Below are positions 24,975 to 38,183 of a stretch of DNA of 64,000 nucleotides, in pieces (positions within the stretch are counted from its first letter, which is position 1; each line of letters starts with the position of its first letter). The notes beneath the pieces are model-generated. The model was given only the letters and a program-made list of their open reading frames with translations. It searched no databases and was not told where the DNA came from. The position numbers were made by a program, and so were the translations under genes. The stretch covers positions 231,138,001 to 231,202,000 of the forward strand of contig NC_058368.1 of the NCBI RefSeq assembly GCF_018350175.1, given 5' to 3'. The stretch is from Felis catus. Its lineage: Eukaryota.

Positions 24975-25143
24975 CTCATTGTGGTGGTGCCCAGCAGCAT
25001 TGAAGGGTGGGGCAGCATGCTCCAACCAAATCGGTGCCCCCCCGTGGACTATCTGCTCTCGCAACCACACGAGGCTGATGAATGCACACAGCGTGCACGT
25101 CACCACGAAACAACCCTGCAAACAATCCGCCAATAAATTGTCC
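24975..25143 (-). CDS. MARCHF6: MARCHF6 exon 6 (169 nt; TDNLLADCLQGCFVV...AAGHHHNE)
   Basis: taatag|GGACAAT...AATGAG|gtaact; overlaps ORF 24939..25133. Confidence 0.97.
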
Positions 25144-26269
25144 CTATTAAAAAAAAATTATAGAGAATTACTCCAAAGAACGCTTCAAATTAAGAAAACA
25201 AAGGTAACAACATTTCATCTTACACTTAAATGTCAGAAGAATGGCCAGAAAAAGAAGTCATCATTTTCTGGGTGAAATCAGCCTCTGAGAATTACTTCTG
25301 AGAATGGTGAAATTCTAAGTATCTTATAAGCTGGCCAAATATATTTATTCCTACATTTCTACTATGTGTGTTTTTATTTTAATAAGCAAAGAATAACATA
25401 AGAACTACACAGAACTTAGCTACCTAGCCTCTCTATGAACATGGCTTAGAAACAGGCAGGCAAAAAGCAAAAAACCAAAAGCAGCCGAACGTACATGTAA
25501 TTTACTAGAGGTGAGTGATTGTTCAACCCTCAGGGAGACTCTCCTTATCCTTACTTTACACACAAGTTTAACAAACTTGGTTGGCTGAGACCCACACACA
25601 TGAAGATAACCAGTAAAATAGAAAGGGACAGAAGCACCTCCAGAAAGGCCTAATGACAATGCCCAAGAAAGGCCCAGAGATACTCGCTATGCAGTGTATA
25701 AGACAAAGTCTGTAACGCACTTTAGACAAGTGTCACTTAGAAAGCAGATCGAATTTTGATGGCAACTGCAAACATACCGGTAGTCCCTCAACCAATTCAG
25801 AAAGACATTACGGTTCCTTTACAGTCGTACATGAAAATACATTATCATGACACCAAAGACCTCTTTGTTCTCTCCCTCTCTGAAAGGGCTTGTCCTTCCC
25901 CAGCCTATGTCTGATTTCAGAATAATTCAAGGATAACTCAAAAATCTTGGTGGCCTTAGGAAAATCTTCCCTCAGAATGGAATGACTTTTTTCCTCCATG
26001 GAAAGTCTGAAGAAGGATCCATTTGAGCAATCTCAGCCTACAAGCTCCAAACTTAAAGAACTGATGTGGCCCACAGATATGATCTGGAATATATCCCAAT
26101 CAAAAGAGGAAAGCTAACCACTCCTGAGCTAAGGAACCCTTCAGATTATTAAAACTTTGATAGCTTGGGACTAAAACACCCCCTTCTCTACTCTCTACTT
26201 GTCACCAGCAATAAGAATAACAACTGTGTGACATCAGTTTTAAACAGTAACAAACCCTTTGTAGGGTTC

Positions 26270-26660
26270 TTTTCCCTCCTATCTAGAGTCAGGGCTGGTT
26301 CTGTGAACTGCCTGGATGAAGGAGAGGCTGTCTGAGTTTAGCGCCTAGAAGACAGCTTGTGAGCTTCCACTTTCACTCTTTTAGAATGCTGCCCTGGGTC
26401 CACCACCTACAGAAGCCCCACTGGCTTTCTGCGAGATGAGAGGCCACGTGGAAGAGAACCAAGGCACCCCAGCCAGAGCCATCCTAGACCATCCAAACCC
26501 AGGGCAACACATGAGTAACTGAGGCAAGCCCAACAGATGAACTGATCAGCTGAGCCCAGCTCAAACTGCTGGCCCCCGGAATTATGAGCAAACAAAATTA
26601 CTGTTGTTTTAAGTCAGTAAGTTTTGGGGGCAGTATGTTTTAAAGCAGTAATTAACTGCT
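26270..26660 (+). mobile_element. MaLR LTR (MLT1-like)
   Basis: gagaggccacgtggaagagaaccaaggcaccccag...gctgagcccagctcaaactgctg...ttgttttaagtcagtaagttttgggg. Confidence 0.7.
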
Positions 26661-29103
26661 TTAGTATGTTGTGCCTAGAGATGATCTGAAGAACTTAGCT
26701 ACAGAATATATAAGCAGCAGCTATAATATTAAGAAATTTAAAGTAAAATTGCAGAAATAAAATTAATACTATAGAGAAAATTAAATAATGCTCACTAAAA
26801 AAAAAAAAGTAGTTTACCTAAAATTGCTTTCAGGAAAACTGGCTCAATTCTTCAAACTGTAAAAGGCAGCATGGAATTATAAAACCAAACCATGTTTACA
26901 ATTTCTTTTGACTATCCCCCCCATCCATGCCTTCGGTGTTCTTCCCGTCAATCAGCAGTGTCTCGAAGGTGATTCTGGTGGCTCACCAACCAATCAGGTT
27001 AGAAAGAAAAGGGGAGCTTGCCAATGTAAGGCAAGCAACGGCTCTGAGCTTTGGGGATAAATCTGCTATAACACTACCACAAGTTCTCAAAATTCACGTG
27101 GAGTTTTTACGGATATATGTGAATTTAATCTTTGAATAGCCCACCCAAATCCCTGAAGCATGATCTTCCTGACTTTACAGATGAGGAAACGGGTTCAGAA
27201 ATTTCCAGTGATTTGCCCAAGGTCACCAAAAAACTTCCAGCTACAGACACCGTATTCCAATGCTAGGGTTCCTTCTGTTACAACCAACTACCTCTCTGTA
27301 TCACCTAAGTGATCACACCTGCCAAATAACCAGCTGTTCAACGGTTCTACCAATAAGAAGTGAAGGTAACTAGTAAAGTACTACACTTTGTCTGGCATTT
27401 TCACTGACATGGCTTCCATAAACACCTGTTTTTCACATAGCCGAAGCCTCCCAATTCTGGCTTTGGTAAATGTTAACTTAGCCATTAAAACAGAAACCAT
27501 GAGAAAAATAATGTGTCTCTACTTCATTAAACTGTCCAGATAGGAACCCAAGCCAACTTTTCTAAACAACTGAGATACTGACTGGCCTCTACTACACACA
27601 CTCATAAACTATAATGGTTTATGGAATTTTAGTCCAAACTAAATGGAATAAGCCTTCCCTATGTGAAATGGTTCTTTCATTAGTTTATACCTATTAAAAT
27701 AAGACTTCCATCCCACTTAGCAGTCACCCCTTGCTTTTTCTGACCTCCCTCACTACTTCTAATATGCACCTTTGCTTTGTACACAATTCCTAACTGAAAG
27801 TCAGAGGTGAACTATGTCATACACACAAATGACAGCTGAGCCATTTAAGACAGACTTTTTAAACTTCTATACTAAGACCATGTTCTGGACGGCTGAGATA
27901 AAAATCTGATGTCCAGAAAAGGGATCACTATCCTGTTGGTTTCTACTGCATCATTTCACAAAAGGCCTGTATTTTTACACAAAGGGTTATCTCCTTACAC
28001 TAGTTCCAGATTTTCAAGTGTGTTAAATTACTGCTTCCCTGTTTTGTCATGGCCACAGCCATCAGTGACCTATTTCGAGGCCTTGGTCTACTTCTAAAAA
28101 TTACTTTATCACAGCTGTTCTTCAACAATGAAAACAAAAAACAATTCTAATGTAAATAAGGCTCAAACCGAAAACCTTCAATGAAAACCTATTATTCCCT
28201 ATACTGCCAAAGAAACAGACATAAATGAAGTACCTTGCCTGTTCTATCCTAAAAGGTATAACCAGCAAGTAGAAAAACCAAGTCACAGACACAACCAATG
28301 TTTCTAAATATTTAGAAACCTGATTAGAAGTAATGATGCAGATGCAAGAGACTTCAAAGAATTCCTAATTTCTTTTCTATTGGAAATACAGCTTGCTCTC
28401 TCCTTTTGTCAAGTGACTTATTTTTATGGTAATATACTCTGAATACTCTTGTTCACAGAAGGGTTTGATACTGTTCTTTGTTCTCACTGACATAAGGATC
28501 AGGAACCTAAGGTCAACTGGGTACAAAAGATTTGGCAAATATAGGTGCAATTTTGGTAGGCTGAATATTCTAGTGATCCTGATACAGTTAATCATTTACA
28601 GCATTTCTAATTCTGACATCAGTAATAAAACACGTCTTTCCCCCAAAAAACGCTATTACGATGCTTGATGTCAAATTAAGACAAAGTAAAACAATGACCA
28701 CGAACAAGTTTTTTTAGGGTCCATATTCTAATAATCACAAGAAACATTTAAAAAATAAATTTGTATTCAAATGCCTCTGTCATTAAAAACACATGTTTAA
28801 ATGAACTCTCAGCATAGGAACACAGCAGCATAGATCTCACATTGCATGAGCCTATTTAAGAGGTGCCCCCCCGCCCCCCTGGTTACAAAACAGTCTTTTA
28901 AAACATATCTGTTTTTAAACAAACATGTACGTGTTGTCAGCCACTTCTTCTGTACCTGTAACTGTCAGACTAAGACACATAAGTTACTTTTTGTCCTCGG
29001 AACAAAAGGAATTTTCAAATTGTAAGAAACATAAATGTGTGCAGGAAAAACGAGCACTCTCTGTGCTGTGCAGCCTTCCAGCTTCACAAGGTTCAGTACT
29101 CAC

Positions 29104-29176
29104 GTGGACAGCATGTCCAGTGGCAGTGTCAGTAGTGAGCTCACGGAGCCAGTAAACAAGCACTTGTAGATACGGC
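29104..29176 (-). CDS. MARCHF6: MARCHF6 exon 5 (73 nt; CRIYKCLFTGSVSSLLTLPLDMLS)
   Basis: ttgctag|GCCGTATC...TGTCCAC|gtgagt. Confidence 0.97.
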
Positions 29177-29493
29177 CTAGCAAAAAGAGCAAGACAGCAT
29201 GTGGTTATAACGCTCACCATGAACTCAGGGCCTCGATTAAACAGCGGTAAAGTGAAAGCCACTGAAATATTTAGTCTTTGCAAGGCTATCTTACTACATT
29301 AAACACTATACTAGGCAATACGATACAATACTACATCAAAAAAACCCAACACGGTGAACTAAGCATAAAAATAGTGAGTCAACATCACACACTAATGTTG
29401 AGAGCTTAGATTCTCTATAGACTGGCTTGTTTCTATTGAATGAGCTTAGATGTTTGAAAAGGAAAAAAATCTACATTAAAGACCTCCAAATTT

Positions 29494-29721
29494 GGGGCGC
29501 CTGGGTGGCGCAGTCGGTTAAGCGTCTGACTTCAGCCAGGTCACGATCTCGCGGTCCGTGAGTTCGAGCCCCGCGTCAGGCTCTGGGCTGATGGCTCAGA
29601 GCCTGGAGCCTGTTTCCGATTCTGTGTCTCCCTCTCTCTCTGCCCCTCCCCCGTTCATGCTCTGTCTCTCTCTGTCCCAAAAATAAATAAACGTTGAAAA
29701 AAAAAATTAAAAAAAAAAAAA
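29494..29721 (+). mobile_element. Young felid SINEC_Fc-type Can-SINE
   Basis: Near-identical to the copies at 33262, 48673, 60830 and 63107; perfect 15-bp TSD aaagacctccaaatt (29478-29492 / 29722-29736). Confidence 0.95.
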
Positions 29722-31029
29722 AAAGACCTCCAAATTACAACACGGAGAATTTTTTTTGAACCGAGAATCCTAAAATTCATGGAGTCTGCTCACAAAAATA
29801 AAAGGTTTCAGTTCCAAGGGTATACAATTTGAAATTAAGAGGACTTTCCAGAAGAGTAAAGGCTCTAATAACATGAATAGCAAATTAACAACCAACTTTG
29901 AAACAACACAGACTAAGGGTCTGGCTATGAAGGGAAAAAAAGATCAAGTGTGGGTGAATGCACTGTCATCCCCTCATCCTCTTACTCAGAAAAGTCAAGA
30001 ACAGAAATGGGGCCCATGAGGAAACAGCTGAGATTTTCCTTCTAACCAGAACTTGTATATTAGTTTAAGCACTCCCTATGGCCTTGTATCAAAAATTTTC
30101 AGTGACCTCAACGGCTGTTTTCAAAAGCCAAATCGAAATGAAAAGGTAGGAAAAGATTTCTGTAATAGCAATGACTTACATACATTTATAAAATATTCCA
30201 AGCAAGTATGGTTGTAACAAAGTAAAACTGACAACAGACCAAATGTCTGTAGATAAGAAAATGGATTCATAAATTACAGGTGTCCTCAGTGCAGAGTGCT
30301 TTGCATCCATTAAAAACTAAGGTAGCTCAACAAGTTCTCACATGGAAAGGTCCCAGGGTACACTGCTAACTTAAAAAAGTTACAGACTAAAAAAAAAAAA
30401 AAAAAAATTTACAGACCACGTATTTGTGGCAGAACTTAAATTCTGAGTATGAATGTGTGCGTGTGTGCGTAACAAGTGAACAGAGATTCAGCTTGTTGAC
30501 TGTATTATGTAAATTCTTTAAGTCCCTACTTAATTTATTATTTGATCTGCTTTTAGAGAGGTTAGTCTTCCACTTGACTATGAACACTTTACATACTTCG
30601 AAGTCCTGTTCTCTGGTGCATAAAAGTTCTTCAATTTTATTTGCTTGGTAGCCTATGCATTTTATTCATACAAAATAAATGCTTTTTACCCATTAAAGTG
30701 TTTCATCTCGAATGACATCTGGCTGATTAATGCTGTTCCTTTGTTTTGCCAGCATTTGCTGACATCCCTCTAGCATTAACCTGGGCTGCTCTGTACTTAT
30801 CTCTTACAGTGAATCACTTTTCTCTGTACAGAACCGTAAGCCCCTATCTTGCAATAGATAAATCTAAAGTCTTAGGATCACAGAAGTTGCAACCTTACCC
30901 CTTCCTCTCTTACTTCCCTCCCTCTACCCTCTCTCCCTGTCTTTCCTGTCTTTTGTTAGATTTTCCAAGTATTTGCTGTTTCCTACTCCCACTCCCCAGG
31001 ATAAAAACTCAATCCCACTTCTACTCTTC

Positions 31030-33230
31030 TGGCACTCAGTTTTAAGTTTCATTTTGTTACTTCTTATTAGGGTAAAATTTACGTGAATCTTAAGTATGTG
31101 TCTGGGTGAATTTTTATATATGTACATATATCCAAGAAACTACCACCCAGATCAAGATATTCAGCATTTCTAGCTCCGTGGAAGGCTCCTCAATCCCCTT
31201 CCCAGTTGGAATCTCCAGCAAAAGGTAGCTGCTAGTCTGATCTCTATCACCATAGATCAATTTGGCCTACTTTAAATTTTTTTTTTAATGCTTATTTATT
31301 TTCAAGAGAGAGAGACAGCGCAAGTGGGAGAGGGGCAGAGAGAAAGGGAGACACAGAATCTGAAGCCGGCTTCAGGCTCCAAGCTGTCAGTACAGAGCCC
31401 AACACGGGGCTTGAACTCACCAACTGTGAGATCATGACCTGAGCCAAGTCAGATGCTCAACCAACTGAGCCATCCAGGCACCCCCAATTTGGCCTACTTT
31501 GAAATTTCACAAAAATGCAATCCATACTCTTTTGTGCCTCGCTTCTTTCTCTCAGAGTAAAAATTCATCCATGTTATTCCATATCACAATAATCACCTAT
31601 TTTTTCACTGCTAAGTACTTGCCATTATATAGATAAACCACAATGTACGCACTCTACTGTTGATAGGTATTTGGTTGGTTCCAGTGAACTCCTATTAGCA
31701 AAGCTGCTGTGATCATTCTTACACACGTCGTTTAGAGGACACAGGCTGTAGTTTCTGTCAGCTATATTCCCAGAAACGGAACTTCAGGTTGGATCATAGG
31801 TATTTATAATATTTAGCATCTGTCAGATATTGCCACACAGTTTTCTGAAGTAGTTACACCATATATATTCCCTCCACCAACAAAGGCATGTTCCAGATGC
31901 TCCACACCCAAAGAAACATTTGGCATTGTCTTATATTTTAGTTTCAGCCATTTTGCGGAGTGTGTAGTAGTATCTTCTTGTGCATTTCCCTGATGACTAA
32001 TGATGCTGAGCAGCTTTTTGTGTATTCACTGGCTATTTAGATCGTCTTCTTTCCAGAAACACCTGTTCAAATCTTTTGTCTACTTTTTATTTGGGTTGTC
32101 TGCCTTTTTCTTACTGACTTTTAGGAGTTCCCTACATACTGTACATACAAGTCCTTTGTTTGAAGTATGTATTGCAAATATCTTCTCTCTGTGGCTTGCC
32201 TTTCTCAAAGGTATCTAAGCATGAATAAAAGTTCTCAATTTCACTGAAGTCCAATTTATTCAGTATTTTCTTTTATGGTTATTCTCCCATGTTTTTTTTT
32301 TAGAAGTCTTTTGGTTGTAACATGCACATTCAAGATTATGATCCAACTCAAATTAATTTTTGTGTCAGGTGTAAGATAATGACATGGTTCATTTTTCATC
32401 TGGCCAGCCAGGTGATGCTGTACCATATACTGAAAGGATCAGCTTTCTTCCACTGAACAGCAGTGGTACCTCTGTTGTGATTCAGGTGATGATGCAGATG
32501 TGAGTCTAGTTCTGGGCTCTATTTGCTTACCTCTATTATTTTTAATATGCAGTCACACTATATTTTCCTATCTGTATCTAGAGCACCCACAGTCCCCTCA
32601 CAAATAAAAATTACCAATCACTATAGATTAAAATTGCTGGTTAGCTGTGAGAAGCACTTGTTTCTTTTTCTTCGTAGCTCATGCCTTTCTGATTTCTTAC
32701 TCATTTTGGTGAAGTATGTCCTCAAATGCTTTTTTCATAAATAGTTTGAGGTGGCAAACTTTTCATGCCTTTGCACTGACTGAAATGTCTGCATTTTGTC
32801 CCTTCATCTGGGAATAATTTATGGGTAGATTTCCAGTTCAAAAATTCTGTCAAAATCTGAAGTCTCTGCTGTCTTCTGGCATTCAAAGCTGCTGATTTTA
32901 AGTCTAATGCCAGTCTGATTTTCATTACTTTGTAGGACAATCTGAAAATGGACTATCTACCATCCTATTCAGCCCTGGAAGACCAGAATGTCTAGGTTCA
33001 TGAGTCTCTGTCCTTTATCATGGTCAGCTGTCTTTCAATCGAAAAGAGGCTGGTCATTTCCTCATGTCCAGTATCTCTTTCACCTTTTCAAAGTACTTAC
33101 TAGACAGATCGTGAAACAACTGGATACAGCCTTTACCTCCTGATTTTTCCCCTCATACTTGCAACTTCTTGTCTCTGAGTTCCATCCTAGAGAACTCCTT
33201 GCTCAATCTCCTAGTTATCTAACCTTCTGC
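31030..33230 (-). mobile_element. Old L1 fragments (L1M-type 3' end and upstream pieces), with a - Can-SINE at 31277-31485
   Basis: tgcatttccctgatgactaatgatgctgagca..., gtatgtattgcaaatatcttctc; SINE TSD caatttggcctacttt. Confidence 0.75.
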
Positions 33231-33261
33231 ATGTCTTTAAAAATAAAAAACAGGGCACCTT

Positions 33262-33720
33262 GGGGCGCCTGGGTGGTGCAGTCGGTTAAGCGTCCGACTT
33301 CAGCCAGGTCACGATCTCGCAGTCCGTGAGTTCGAGCCCCGCATCAGGCTCTGGGCTGATGGCTCAGAGCCTGGAGCCTGTTTCCGATTCTGTGTCTCCC
33401 TCTCTCTCTGCCCCTCCCCTGTTCATGCTCTGTCTCTCTCTGTCCCAAAAATAAATAAACGTTGAAAAAAAAAAATTAAAAAAAAAAAAACAGGGGCACT
33501 TGGGTGGCTCAGTCGGTTAAATGTCAGACTTTGGCTTGGGTTGTGATTTTTGTAGTTCACATGCTTGAGACCTGCATCGGGCTCGCTGCTGTCAGCACGG
33601 AGCCCACTTCGGACCCTCTGTTTCTCCCCCCACCCCGCCCCTTCCCTGCTTGTGCATGAACACACACACGCTCTCTCAAAAATGAGTAAACATTAAAATA
33701 ATAAATACACAAAAAAGTAA
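33262..33720 (+). mobile_element. Young Can-SINE (33262-33490) inserted at the head of an older Can-SINE (33493-33720)
   Basis: Two tandem SINE bodies; duplication aaaaacagg(g)gcac(c)tt. Confidence 0.92.
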
Positions 33721-34209
33721 AAACACAAAAGGGACCAATTAAGGGTTAGTATACCAACCTATAGAAAACCTCCTATATCTTGAAAGATAAGCCTCCCAAT
33801 TATTCAGGCCTATAATAATAGATACATGTGTTGTCTTTAAAAGAGGGAGAAAACCTCAAAATAGTCCATCTTCTGCAATCTTTGAAATTTCTAATATACT
33901 TCAGAGAATAAAAATCATGGTCCTTCCAATTATAATTTGCTTTTGCTTTTTCAACTCTTTCATGAACCTTCATTATTAGCCTCTGTATGCTGTGTTTGTC
34001 TTTCCCACATTCATTTGATAAAATGATCTGTCGATAACAGTTCTTAATTTAGGTGGATGTTTTCTAAGCAAGGCTTTCCAAATGCATGAAATTATAATAT
34101 CAAATAATTAAACACCATTTGAACACAAATATGATATCATATAACTTTGTAATATTAAATAGTTATGTAAATTTTAAATTACTCCAACCACGGAGAAGTG
34201 AATACTCAC

Positions 34210-34353
34210 ATGCTGTAAGAGGAACAACTCCCAACCATGCAAAGGCCACAAGTGTATAATGAAACCAGTATCGTATTGCAGTGCCAATACTTGTAACCAG
34301 TCCGGCAAATATGTCTTGGATTGGAAGCCGTGAAGGCATATCTGGAGAATAAA
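34210..34353 (-). CDS. MARCHF6: MARCHF6 exon 4 (144 nt; IYSPDMPSRLPIQDIFAGL...WLGVVPLTA)
   Basis: cttctag|TTTATTCT...GCAT|gtgagt; overlaps ORF 34163..34384. Confidence 0.97.
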
Positions 34354-34749
34354 CTAGAAGAGAAGAAAAAGAACATAATTTCATGAAGATTTAAAAATAG
34401 CTTAATTCATAAATATAAAATAGGCATGTAGTGCTAGCTTAACTTTCAATCTTTGTATTGCACTTATTTTTTCCTATTAAAAAAGGGAATCAAACAGTCA
34501 CAATGATACCACATTTACCCAGAACTCATTTGAGAGCAAATCACATGTTAAATGCAGAAGCCAACAAAAAAGGCTTCTGTGCAGGAGAAAAGATTCAAGA
34601 GAAGTTCATATTCCCTCAGTCACTACCATGAACTTCATGCATAGCTAATTTATACATATTTTAGCATTCAAACAATATGTTTTCCCAAATTAAAGATCAG
34701 ATAAAGCAAACAGGAGCAAAAGGTGAAGCTGTTGGCATGTTAAAGAAAA

Positions 34750-35620
34750 CCCTCCTAAGTCAAAACCACAATTAAGATATCACCTTATATCTGTCAAAGG
34801 GCTATTATGAAAAAGACAAGGAATAATACGCGTTGGCGAGGATGTGGAGAAAAAGGTACCCTCGTGCACTATGGGTGTGAGAATGTAAATTGGCACAGCC
34901 ACTGTGGAAAATAGTATGGAGATTCCTCAAAAAATTAAAAACATATAGCATCATACAATCCAGTAATTCCACTACTGGGTATTCACCCAAGGAAAACAAA
35001 AACACTAACTCAAAAAGATATAAGCACCCTTATATTTATTGCAGTATTACTTACAATAGCCAAGATATGGAAGCAACCCACCAAGTGTCCACTGGTAGAT
35101 GAATGGATAAAGAAAAAATACTACACAAACACACACACACACACACACACACAAATATTGCTCAGCCATGAAAAATAATAAGATCCTGCCATTTGTGACA
35201 GCAAACATGGACTTAGAAGGTATTATACTAAGTGAAATAAGTCAGTAAGTAAAATACAAATGCCACATGATTTTACTCATATATGCAATCTAAAAAACAA
35301 AACAAATAAATAAACAAAAAAGCAGTAACAGACCCATAAGTACAGAGAACAAACTGGTGGTTGCCAAAGGGGAAGGGGGAGGGGGGCAAAATGGGTGAAG
35401 GACAGTGGGAGGTATGGGCTTCCAGTTACGGAATAAGTCACGGGGATGAAAAGTATAGCAGAGGGAATAGAGTCAATGGTACAATAATAGCACTGTATGG
35501 TGAAAGTTGGGTAGCTACACTTGTGGTGAGCACAACATAACAGAGTTGTGGAATCACTATGCTGTACATCAGAACTAATCTAACACCGTGTCTCAACTAT
35601 ACTCCAATTTAAAAAAAAAG
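34750..35620 (+). mobile_element. L1 3' end (ORF2 C-terminus + 3'UTR; L1MA/carnivore-type)
   Basis: gttggcgaggatgtggagaaaaagg...gtaaattggcacagccactgtggaaaatagtatggagattcctcaaaaaattaaaa...tcaactatactccaatttaaaaaaaaa. Confidence 0.9.
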
Positions 35621-35859
35621 GAAGAAAGAACCCTCCTCCCAAATACAAGCCTGAAACATAGCACTCAAAAAGTACAATCCACAGTAAAGTCATTTCATGT
35701 GGAAGCAAACACCCCACTGATGTCTGTTAGCCAATTGCCTCTCCCCAATTTCAGCACAATAACTAATATTCCAAACAGTAAATTCAGATCTCCCTATCTC
35801 TCTGTAAAATCTGGTTCAACACACTCAGAGGAAGGTTTGGCCATGTTTTAGAAAGATCT

Positions 35860-36088
35860 CTTTATTTTTTCTAAATGTTTATTTTTGAGTGAGTGAGTGA
35901 GTGAGTGAGTGAGAGAGAGAGAGGGAGGGAGGGAGGTGAGCAGAGAAACAGAGAATCCCAAGCAGGCTTCAGGCTCTGTGCTGTCTGCACAGAGCCCAAT
36001 GCGAGGCTTGATCTCACAAACTGCGAGACCACGACCCTAGCTAAAATTAAGAGCTGAACACCCAACCAACTGAATTGCCCAGATGCCC
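35860..36088 (-). mobile_element. Can-SINE containing (GAGT)n
   Basis: tttatttttgagtgagt...cccagatgcccc. Confidence 0.88.
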
Positions 36089-36429
36089 CTAAAGTTATTG
36101 TTTTTAAAAGGAATCCTTATTGTTCAGAGATACATACTAAAATATGTACCAATGAAAATAAATGAGATTTGCTTTAAAAAGGATAGGGAGGTGGGGAACA
36201 GGAACACAGGTAACAAATATCACGTAAAGGCCATGATTTGAAAATGAGTCAAACTAAGAGATATGAACAGGGGGCTTATTATACCTTTTTTTAATGTTTG
36301 AATTTGTCCATAATAAAAAATTAAAAAATAAAGAAAAAAGGAACATCTCACAAATTAAATCACTCTTTCTCACATACACACGCATTTGTGTGTTGAAAGC
36401 TGACATGTAGTTTTAAAAAAGATTTTCCT

Positions 36430-36637
36430 GGGGCGCCTGGGTGGCTCAGCCAGTTAAGCATCTGACTTCGGCTCAAGTCATGATCTCATGGCTAGTGAGT
36501 CTGAGCCCCGCATCGGGCTCTGTGCTACAGCTCAGAGCCTGAAGCCTGCTTTGGATTCTGTTCTCCCTCTCTCTTTGCCTCTCCCCCGCTCACGCTCTCT
36601 CAAAAATAAACAAACATTAAAAAAAACATTTTTTTAA
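36430..36637 (+). mobile_element. Can-SINE
   Basis: ggggcgcctgggtggctcagccagtt... Confidence 0.92.
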
Positions 36638-36726
36638 TATTTTCCCAAAATTTTATACTTTTATTAAATATCTTTATGTGACCAGTTATAACCCCAAAAC
36701 GCAATGCAAACTTCTAAAGAACTTAC

Positions 36727-36800
36727 TTGGTGTGAAAGCAAATCTGTGCTTGCATAATTCACAGTATTCTTTTCGACTGTGTTTCAGCCACTGAACTAAG
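36727..36800 (-). CDS. MARCHF6: MARCHF6 exon 3 (74 nt; RING-CH C-half, CLVQWLKHSRKEYCELCKHRFAFTP)
   Basis: ttgcag|CTTAGTT...ACACCAA|gtaagt. Confidence 0.97.
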
Positions 36801-37129
36801 CTGCAATCAAAAATACATTAATAAGCATAGTACTTACAGCAAAGAAACTTTAAGGTTTCACTGAAAGCCAACAATCTATTTTATTAAAATTTTATATATC
36901 ATAGAGCTTTTACAATTCTGACAGGTTCATATTTATAACATTTTTTAGCTTTTTATAACTTCATGCTGACAGTCCAAAACTATAACAAATAAAAATATGT
37001 ATTTCTATTACTAAAAAAGTTCAATTAACTAAATTGTGATCTCCTCAAAGCTAGCCTTGAATATAAAAGAATCTCCAAGCATCAACATCAGTTCTAACGC
37101 TGGTCTGATAATATTGTTACCCTAGGCAG

Positions 37130-37570
37130 CTAGGTCTGAATCCTGGTTGTCACTAAGTGGTTGGCTGAGTGACCTAGAAAAAGGTACTTAAGGGGCGCCT
37201 GGGTGGCTCAGTCGGTTGAGCGTCCGACTTCGGCTCAGGTCATGATCTCGCGGTCCGTGAGTTCGAGCCCCGCATCGGGTTCTGTGCTGACAGCTCAGAG
37301 CCTGGAGCCTGTTTCAGATTCTGTGTCACCCTCTCTCTCTCTGACCCTCCCCCGTTCATGCTCTGTCTCTCTGTGTCTCAAAAATAAACGTTAAAAAAAA
37401 AAAAAAATTAAAAAAAAAAAAAAGGTACTTAACCTTTCCATGTTCGTTTCCTCATCTGCATAATAATAAAAACATCCCACCTCATGGTTCTAAGAATTAA
37501 ATGAATTGTGTACAAGCACTGAGTACCACCGGGCACAAAGCACTGCATGAACGTAAGCTATTATCACAAC
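37130..37570 (+). mobile_element. MIR interrupted by a Can-SINE (37192-37422)
   Basis: ggtctgaatcctgg..cactaag..gtgacct...[SINE; TSD aaaaaggtacttaa]...gtttcctcatctgcataat...gaattaaatga. Confidence 0.85.
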
Positions 37571-37829
37571 AAGTAGAATCCGAAAACCTCCATACTGCCA
37601 ATGAACAAAATAAGCTCTCTGTGGCAGAAATAAACAGGTACCCACGTGCACCTGGAAAACAATACCCAAATGACAGGGTATGGTAATTATGAATATAGGT
37701 AATTTCCAAATTTTCAGAGTAAAATTTTTAAAAAATAATTATAGAGAAAGTTCACTGAAATAATCCCGTTTATTATATAAATGACAACACTGAAGCTCAG
37801 ACATAAAATTTTCTGTAAGGATGACTCAC

Positions 37830-37926
37830 CATTCTTGATGGATGAACTTAATACTGCCGGTACATACACAAGGATGATAAAGAGGTTTCTCAGGTGTTCC
37901 TTCTGACCGACACACTCTACATATGT
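37830..37926 (-). CDS. MARCHF6: MARCHF6 exon 2 (97 nt; RING-CH N-half, [32 protein letters not shown])
   Basis: ttcacag|ACATATGT...CAAGAATG|gtgagt; phase 1 to 2. Confidence 0.97.
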
Positions 37927-37991
37927 CTGTGAACGAAAAAGATAAATTGAATTATCTTTCATTATAACTTAAAAAAACAACAACAGAACAC

Positions 37992-38183
37992 TTGGCATCC
38001 AACTTCAGCTCAGGTCACGATCTTAACGGTTCATGGGTTCGAGCCCCCGCGTTGGGCTCTGGGCTAACAGCTCAGAGCCTGGAGCCTGTTTCAGAGTCTG
38101 TCTCCCTCTCTCTCTCTGCCCCTCCCCCCACTCACGCTCTGTCTCCCTCTCTCTCAAAAATAAACTTAGGAAAAAAAAAAAAA
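37992..38183 (+). mobile_element. 5'-truncated Can-SINE, ~65 nt upstream of the exon 2 acceptor
   Basis: ggcatccaacttcagctcaggtcacgatc... Confidence 0.88.

Noticed and set aside
29494..29570. tRNA-like A/B-box sequences at SINE heads
   Set aside because: These are the tRNA-derived heads of Can-SINEs, not tRNA genes.
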